A stretch of DNA of 64,000 bases from Podarcis erhardii. Its lineage: Eukaryota. The notes below the pieces were generated by a model. It had not been told where the DNA came from. It saw only the letters and a program-made list of their open reading frames with translations, and did no database searches. The stretch is taken from assembly GCA_964252035.1 (NCBI GenBank), contig CAXUOO010000116.1. The stretch is one strand, 5' to 3'. Shown one piece after another: positions 52,561-61,201 of this stretch; the first letter of the stretch is position 1; the number at the start of each line of letters is the position of its first letter. Both the position numbers and the translations under genes were made by a program.

Positions 52561-54687
52561 GGGTGTATCTCCACGTACATGAGAATATAAATATATATAT
52601 ATATATATATGTATATGTATATAGTAGAGTGTATCTCCACGTACATGAAAATATAAATATCTGTATATATATATATGTATATGTATATAGTAGAGTGTAT
52701 TTCCACGTACATGAAAATATAAATATCTGTATATATATATGTATATGTATATAGTAGAGTGTATCTCCACGTACATGAGAAAATGAATATCTGTATATAT
52801 ATATGTATATTTGCATTGAAATGTGTGATTTATCTTTGTTTTTGTAGGGCGGGACGAACTTGTCGTTTGAGAGGAGGCAGTAGCGAGGAGAATTTGAGGG
52901 ATGGTGAAGCAGCAAGAGGAGGACTAGTAATATCGCTGCTACAAAAGAGAGATCTTGTGCTTGCTACAGCAATTCAACGAGTTTTGGAGAAACAAAAGGA
53001 AACAGCTGCTGCTGCTTCTACTCGGTCTTTGACTGTGAATGCTGCTTCTTTTTTTCGGCCGCTGACTCTCACCGATCTCTCTGCAGACAAAGCGCAGTAT
53101 CGAAAAGGCAGGCCTCTTCACTGTTTGTCCCAGGAAGGTAGGCAAAGATTCTCTGCATTTTCAGGGTGTGTATATTCGTATATAGTCCGTCTCAATTATG
53201 CACGAAGGGGTCCTCAATTCAAAGATCAACGTTTGATAGAAAAAACTTCGAAAAACGTGGGTTCTTACACCCGTGGAAATGGATTTACGGTCACCTCTCT
53301 CTCCACACATGCACTTACACAAAGATGCGTGTGTGAATTGTTCCTCTCCTTTTTGTGGATGATTTATCATTCGAAATGCTACTTTGTCGCTTATTTGCTT
53401 TAACGCCTTTTTCCTTATGTACATGTGTGTATTCCATGAACACACAACTGTGGAGATCACTTGCCTCATATGTATGCACTGACACTGCAGTTCCACGACT
53501 AACCGCATATCTTTAAATAGCAACTCATAACTGTATAAACATACATATATATATGTGTTTACATTCACTTTATTACGCTCCCCGAAAACGTATGTTCTGT
53601 CGATCCTTCCAGGCCTGGAACTCTTTACTTTTCGTGTCATTTTTCGGCCTCACTTTCTCTCACTCTCTGTTTTTGCGTATTTGTCTGATGAAAAAAATTC
53701 ATATATATATGTATTTCTATATATCTCCACTATATTATTGCTGTCTTCACCTTTGTTTTCACCCTCGTTCTGGCGTGTCTCGAGCATACGTCCTTACTTT
53801 TCTATGAAGGTCACTTGTCATACTGCAAATTCTAGCAGTAATGAGTTGCTAGTATACATATACTTGTTTACAACGATAGTGTCATAAAGTGTATATATAT
53901 ATATATTTATTTATATAAAATCAATTTACATACTTGTGTGAATTCCTTTTGGAGTGTGGTAATACATTATAATATTGCCGTACTAGGAAGTTAGTTGCGA
54001 GTCTTCGTCTGTGTGTATCTGTATGCAAAAAAGGCTGTACATAATATAAGTACATATGTCAGTGTATGTCAAATAAAATCAGTAACTTATAATCTTTTGT
54101 TTCCTTAAATCAACCGTTCACTTGTCATATGATCTTTATAATCTTTGTAACAATGTTATTAGCTGTGAATGAACATATGTAACAAATTTGTATCAATGAA
54201 GAGCTCAAGAACTGCACGAGTTGATCAGTTATAGTATCGAACTACTCTGATGATGATTTTTCCAGAAATGTCAATACAAATTACATAGAGTATTTTCATT
54301 CGAAGTCAAATCCCTCTTAATCGGTATTATAGGTTGATTGCCTCTAGACACCAAAGCGTAAAATTGGAATATACAGGAAAACTAAATTGAACTTGAAACA
54401 GTTACTTCAGTTTGATTTATGCATGAATAGCTCGATATCATTCCATACAGATAAAGTATGAGTAGTAACGAAGTTCATTACTTCTTAACACTTGCTTATA
54501 GAATAATTGGATTTAAACCACGCAGAGAGAGAGAGTTCAGCTGAAATTAGTTGCTACAAGAAGCTTGACTCGCTACAAACCCGTGTGTGTAAATTACCTG
54601 TCTATCACACAAAGTCTCTTGAGACCCTTAAAAACCTATTTGCTTACGCATCTCTTCCAAAAGCCGCTCTTTTCATATATGTATATG

Positions 54688-54733
<46 letters not shown>

Positions 54734-56351
54734 GTTTGCATATGTTTGCTGCATATGTATTATTTATTTATATATAAATATGTATATATATATATATATA
54801 TATAATCATTATTATGTGTGGTTTCGATGTGTCACTGCTGCATCTGGTGGTGCTGTCTTTTTTCTGCTGCTGATGCGCTTTTTTATGGAAAAACGCTTCG
54901 TGATGGTTTTTGCCGCTGATGCTGTAAGAAAACTTGCTGTTGTCAAAATAAAACGTAGTCCACGAATTTCTACTGAATTTCACTCGCTCTACAACTGCTC
55001 TAAACGTTTCACTGCTGTTGCAGTTGATTTTGGTGGTGCTGACTCTTTCTGTTGTTTCAACTACAACTTCTCTGCTTCCTATTGCTTTCGTTGCTGAGAA
55101 ACCTGCAGCTTTGTAGATGAGCAGAGTGGCTGCGGTGTATGTACAGGAGGGTACTCGCAAAAAAAGAAAGAAAACTCATTTTCACGAACGCGCAAGAAAG
55201 AGCGAGAAGTTACGAGCAAAGCGAGAAGGGCGAACTGGAAGCCTCCAAAGTAATCAGCACATCTTCCATGAGCAGCAGCATTGTAATCAATCACCTTCAC
55301 CGCAATCACTAAAAAAACTATTCAAACACATCCACACATATATATATATATATGAAGCCGTAGTATACATAAGATTTCTTGCTTTTTTCAAATTTCCCAG
55401 TGTACGTGTGAGCTTGTAGAGCTGCTGTGGATAGAGCAACGAAATACACAAATCCTGTAGAAAATGTGATCCCATGGAGCGTAGTCATGCTTATATTACT
55501 CCGCACATAGCAGCACCAAACTAAGTAGGACTTCGGTTCATTCTTCTAATGCTGGCAGCGTGTGTTATTTAATCATGGAAAATTATTAACAGAGCTTCAA
55601 CGCATCAAGTGAATCTTGATATAGCGTTTGATGCGTCTACACACAACAGCTGGAAACTCTCGCTGCTTGTGCCAAAAACACTGCTGTTGCCGTCTATAAT
55701 ACTGCACGTGTGTATGCGTACTAGAACAAAGACTACAACTCTAAGACAAGGAGATGACTAATCCACTGCTATTGGCACCTTTAGTCGACGAATAGCCTTC
55801 ACCCTCATATTGCTTTCACCTACTGGTTCCAGTGCTTCTAAACATCCTCCACCACTACTGGTATTATAGATTACAATTGATAGCAGTGTCATAACGCTAC
55901 CACTGTTACCCCGTTCTACCACTTGAATCTTCTACACTGTATCGCCAAAAAATCCAATTCCGCTGCTTTTCTACATCTCAACTTGGTGTTTCCGTGGCTT
56001 TGTCTTTCACTTCCTTGCTCCACATATGTGCATATATGTAAAAAACTCTCCTATAAATGCCTCTCTGCTTCATATATATATATATATGTAGATTGTAATG
56101 CTATCACTGTATTTTTCCATGTGCGCATAAATCATTCCCACAATGCTTCTCTGGCTTCCCTTCGTCTCTTCCTTACTCTTTCTGAATTTTCATATATATA
56201 TAGTCATCTATACGTATGTTCAAAAGTGACGCTGCTGCAGCTGCTATTTTTGACCATCAAATACACATGACGCATATCTCTGTTGCGGAAGCCATCTAGC
56301 TGATATGACAATAGACTCTTTTCTTTCGTATCGACACATATACTAGTCTAA

Positions 56352-56418
<67 letters not shown>

Positions 56419-56727
56419 TAGAAGTAGACGTATGTATGTAGGGAACTGCTATGGAGCTGCTGTGGTTGCAGACCGCCGGAGTGGCATCGCATGCGTAGAG
56501 AAATGGCGCAGCAGCAATTAGGTAATAAGCCAAAGCAGCTCCACCGTCAAAAGCAGCAACAACATAAACGAAAACTGCGTGTGGAAAAAAAGCAGAAACA
56601 GGCGGAGGAAATGGGGAAAAAACGGCAGCGACAAATCACGCGCATGCAGCGCACTAGAGATGGCTCTATGTATGCAGCCGCACGCAAGTCTCCTCTCTCA
56701 TTTCACCGCCAAAAAAGCCGGGAATAA
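43857..56727 (+). CDS. DEAD-box RNA helicase, RH39-like organellar type, with very long low-complexity N-terminus (start unresolved)
   Basis: Giant exon (frame open from 43857) to about 50270, then 51618-51795, 52848-53137, 55147-55249 and 56472-56727. Motifs: Q ([18 protein letters not shown]), I GQTGSGKT (48660), Ia PTWEL, Ib TPPR, II DEAD (49395), [35 protein letters not shown] split across an intron. Confidence 0.9.
45522..45686 (+). repeat. Coding 24-bp minisatellite, 7 copies, (S/P)PPPQKGE
   Basis: CAAAAAGGAGAA recurs with a 24-bp period from about 45531 to 45675, in frame in the helicase. Confidence 0.95.
51292..51443. repeat. 75-bp tandem duplication in helicase intron
   Basis: TCTGTACACCA.TTATACAT.TAGAAACACGCATGGAT.CCTATCTT.CTTAAGCACACATAA.ATGTGTATATT at 51292 and 51367. 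Confidence 0.9.
51618..51795 (+). CDS. DEAD-box helicase exon (motif V to VI)
   Basis: gtgcag|[59 protein letters not shown](R)|GTAAAG; exact 5' boundary uncertain. Confidence 0.88.
52555..52810. repeat. 64-66-bp minisatellite, 4 copies, with internal (TA)n
   Basis: Core GTGTAT(C/T)TCCACGTACATGA at 52563, 52629, 52695 and 52759, abutting a (TA)n run at 52516-52557. Confidence 0.93.
52848..53137 (+). CDS. DEAD-box helicase exon (motif VI and C-terminal helix)
   Basis: ttgtag|(R)[46 protein letters not shown]|GTAGGC, phase 2 to 1. Confidence 0.88.
55147..55249 (+). CDS. Probable helicase penultimate exon (basic tail)
   Basis: gtacag|[34 protein letters not shown](K)|GTAATC, phase 1 to 2; an in-frame alternative acceptor lies at 55117. 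Confidence 0.6.
56472..56727 (+). CDS. Probable helicase terminal exon (basic tail)
   Basis: ttgcag|[84 protein letters not shown]; the phase-2 start matches the preceding donor. Confidence 0.65.
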
Positions 56728-58035
56728 TGCAGCACTGATCGTTGCTGCTTGGCTGTATTGCTGCTTTCAGTGCGTAGCTGATGCTGCACTTGCAGAATTA
56801 GAAAAATCCAGTATATATGCAGAACAAACGCCTGCCTACAATCGTCATCTCTCTCGACATAGTGTGACTCCCGCAATACATATATATATATTATGTATAT
56901 GTTTGTATATTTGATACCACCAGCAACAGCCGCACCCACGCACCAACTACGATGCGTAGAACTGTGCTTGCTGCTGGGCTGTATGTTCCGCAAAAATGTT
57001 GATTGCTTCAAATTTTCTACCCATAGTCCTACTCGGAGCATGCTTGTACGATGCGTAAAGTCAACCAGTATACACTTTCATATATATATATATATCAAAT
57101 GCTCAGGTATGTAAGGCTTATACTCGAACGTCTAAAATGTAATTTATATGGTGTGCAAATGTTGCACTCATACACTCATATATATATATATATATAACAG
57201 ATACATTGCGTTTGATTGAATATCTGATACATAGTCTACCGCTAATCTGTACTTTATTGAACGGTATGCTCATGTTCTTGATCATATATATTTTTATTAT
57301 CAAAAATGCGTTTGGATGTTAATCCGTAGTTTCCGTACTGCCCACTGTACAGTCTCGTCACGTGAAGCTGACGCAAAAAAAGCGACAGGTGCTATATATA
57401 TTTGAAAATTTATGAACTTTTGACCGCAAACTGCGCGACAGCGACTGCTGGCAGCAGTTTTTCTGTTCAGTAAACGTTTACCATCTTCCCCGCGACTACT
57501 TTAGAAAAGTAGTATATACCGCACCAGACAAAACTTGTCTACTCACATATATAAAAATAAAAATTATAAAAAATAAGTTCCCTGCCTGAAAAAACGCTGA
57601 TTAGCTTTGCGCTTCAGACAACCCCACTCACTATACAAACAAACTACTGCTGCTGGTGTCTTACACCCTATCAAAAAGCTAAGGTATATGCACTGCAACA
57701 AACTCGATTTTGATTATGTTTTTCGCAAACCACCTGTAACACCAGCCGCAGCAGCAGCAAATAACTAACAAAGACTCGGAAGCAGCCACAAGACAACATA
57801 GAGCAAAGATGTCAGTCAATACATGGGTCATTTATGAGCGCATGCACATAAACTGAAGTAGTAGAGGGCAAAACGCGGCAGATGCTGTAAAGGAGACCTA
57901 GAAGCAAACCCGGTAGCAGTAGCATCGCGGACGAAAACTAGTTATGCGTAGAAAAGAAACACTGATCGATGACCACAGCACTGCAGCAGAAAAACTATAA
58001 GCAAAAGATAGAAGCAGCATCTTTTAAACAGCTGC

Positions 58036-58277
58036 TTATGCTTTCAGCGCGCAGAAGCCGTTGGACACATCAAACGTATTTGCATGGCTCTTGAGAAATT
58101 GAGCCATCTTTTCAGACACTCCCGCTGGTTTCTTTACTTTCTGCCCAAGGGTGGCAAGTGGAGTTTTTCCGTTTTTTTTCAAAAAATCGATCAACGAATT
58201 CTTGTATGTATTTGCATCGCCTCCCGTGCTGCCCTGCTGCTGCTTCTGCTTCTGCTGCGGACCCCCTGCAGTCTTCG
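58036..58277 (-). CDS. NF3 terminal exon 8
   Basis: gcgcag|PKTAGGPQQKQKQQQGSTGGDANTYKNSLIDFLKKNGKTPLATLGQKVKKPAGVSEKMAQFLKSHANTFDVSNGFCALKA*. Confidence 0.9.
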
Positions 58278-58674
58278 CTGCGCACATAGCAAATACACAA
58301 AGTAATCATCAGTGATTTCGTATAAACGTTCTATGGAACATCACATCATTAAAAGGAAGAAAAGGCTTCCACATGTTTGATACACAAAAAGTCGTGCAAA
58401 TTAGTCGAAGGGCTTCGAATGTGCATCGTAGTATGTTAGCGATACTTGATGTCTTCGCATACACACCAATCAAATTGTAGTATTGTTCCGGAACCTGAAT
58501 ACGTGTATTGTTCGTCTTTGCTAATGGATGCATACACCAACTACACTTTTTCCCTTCGCGAGCACATATATAAATTGGTGTAAAACCATGCATATATATA
58601 TGTTTGAATTGTCTTGTGCTTTCTGAAAAAACTGCATTTGAACATTACAGACCGTATCAATATAAATGTATGTA

Positions 58675-58714
<40 letters not shown>

Positions 58715-59193
58715 ACAATGTGTTGCCTCGTCTACTTACGCTTTTTATTGGCAGCAGCGCCTTTTCCTCCTGCTGCTTGGGTATTGACACTGCTCTCTTG
58801 TGCCTTCCGCTTTTTATCGCCTTTTGCCTGTTGTTGATGCTGTTCTTCTTCTTCGTCCTCTTCCTCGTCGTCTTCAGAACCGCTCTCTATGCCGTTCACA
58901 TCCGCCTAAAAAGGGAGAACAATATAAACAAGTATACCCATATATTGCTAGTAGCCAACACATGAACATACAAAGCAAAGTCATCATGCGAGATTATATA
59001 GCAATGCATGAATATATATTATATATATATATATAAACACACCTCTTCATCGTCATCGTCGTCTTCTTCATCTTCATCGTCATCTTCTTCTCCACTGTCT
59101 TCAGCAAGTGGCTTTGCGTTCGAGCTCTCTGTAAGAAAAGTGAACCATAAAGGAAAAAAGAGAAATTGAACTTATATATTCATACCCCACGAG

Positions 59194-59226
<33 letters not shown>

Positions 59227-59784
59227 CTGTGAGTAAAGCTTTATATATTCTGCTTATGCGAATTCCAGATGTATAATGATCGATCAGATACCTTCTCTGC
59301 CCGCTCATGATATGTAAACATGAAAAACTCATATACGCATTTGTATGTATGTATATATATATATATATATTTATATATAGAGTTATGATTATGAAGTGTA
59401 AACAGCTGTCCGTTCACATCAGCATGCAGAATAAACCTCTGCGCAAGCGCTGAAATTCGAATTGGTGCTGTTCTGAACTACTTTTGGCTGCGTGAAATGG
59501 AGCAAGACGCTTATACTCATGCCGCCAACCCCTTAGAATCAGCCGTGAACATTCCGATGCAAACTTTTTTTTTTCTTTCTCTATATATAGTAATATATAT
59601 ACATATATCTATAGATACTGATAAAAGATTGATGATACTGCCGCATCACTAACACATTGGATTGAATAAAACTAAACAAGCACAAGGTAAAAGAATCACA
59701 GATGGTTAGACACAATCATCTAATCCCCTTATTTCACACGCCTACACAGCCGGACACCTCTATACACATACGTATATAAAAACA

Positions 59785-59831
<47 letters not shown>

Positions 59832-60258
59832 GTAGTGATGAATTTCTAACCTTACCATCCTCATCATCATCATCATCATCGTCATCATCCTCTTCATCTT
59901 CTTCATCATTTACTTTGTCAAGATCTTCTATTTTGCCTCCCTTCTACACAAACAAATGCAAACAAACACCAACACTAGACTATACGTATACAACCCTACA
60001 TAAAAACCGCATCTTATTACATATAAACATGTTTTTACGATACTGACAATAAAGTAATCTACATAGATATATATATACACAGTAGTACTCAAAGAGACAA
60101 CACCATTGCTGCAACACTATAGGTGCATACCCGACTTCCACTACCTTAATTCAGCAATCTCGTAGTGATACATGTATATACAAATCTTAAATACATACGT
60201 GCATTATTAACCATATAATATATATGTAGATAACAAACAAAACAGCATATATACACAG

Positions 60259-60289
<31 letters not shown>

Positions 60290-61153
60290 ATTTGAGTCCG
60301 CCGCGTTGACGACTCGGAGCACAGTAGCAGGCCACATGAAGAAGAAATGACGGAGAAAACATATTTTGCTCGTAATTATGTGCGGGAAATATTACACATA
60401 CTGTTAAACAGTTTTACAATAATTATTGATAACACTGGGCGCAAAAAGAATTATCACTCCCACAGTCTCGACGTATCCATTTGCGTAGTCATTTATACAG
60501 ATCCCGTGAAATATTCCATACAATTCTAGCTCAGTGCGGACACTTGCAAAAAAATGCATTTACATTGTATAGAAAAACTGCAGAGTAGCAGCCACTGACG
60601 CAGCAAACGCAAGATGAATTATAATCGTACAAAATTAACAGCAATAAAGGCATAAAGATAAAACAGCATACAGCAAACATACTTTGGGAACAACACGTTT
60701 GGCCTCCATCATCTCATCAGCCATTTCATCTTCATCGCTTTCTTCGTCACTGCTTTCCCCTATATCGGCACTTGGCTCGAAATAACCAGTTACATGTACC
60801 TGCATAGTGTATAACAACCCCAAAAACAAACAGCATCAATTGTTGTGGCTCTTTTTTCAATTGTAGGTTAGCGTTTCTCTATTTTTTACATAAATGTAAC
60901 ATCCGTATATAACCAAATGTATACATAAGTAACTGCATGCCACAATGAATACTCTCTGCTTGAGCTCGTGTTGCTTACGAGATGTACGGATCACACAGAT
61001 GCCTCCACCGTACTAACGCGGCTACCCATTGTTAGCAAAAAAAAAAATACACATCCAAAGTTCATGTATATACGTTAGTCGAGCGCGTACAGCTATGATG
61101 ATATGCGGAAGATATAAGCATAGTCTATCAGCCAAGATATATACACAAATGAG

Positions 61154-61201
<48 letters not shown>

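Noticed and set aside
52555-52810. CRISPR-like repeat-spacer appearance of the compound minisatellites (also 3414-3660 and 12059-12298)
   Set aside because: The spacers are just TA runs, there are no cas genes, and the DNA is eukaryotic intron
54040-54510. AT-rich, microsatellite-free stretch considered as an organellar DNA insertion or C/D snoRNA (ATGATGA at about 54250)
   Set aside because: No recognisable mitochondrial or apicoplast gene sequence and no matching D box with terminal stem; a BLAST or Rfam search would be needed
55117-55419. [31 protein letters not shown].. as helicase tail or separate gene
   Set aside because: It is preceded by an in-frame TAG, is not reachable in phase 1 from 53137 through a good acceptor, and runs into TA repeats; the overlapping frame satisfies both flanking phases
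55600-55636. 9-bp inverted repeat ACGCATCAA..TTGATGCGT (and similar short hairpins at 27300-27316 and about 39160-39182)
   Set aside because: Stems this short are expected several times by chance in 64 kb, and there is no ncRNA context
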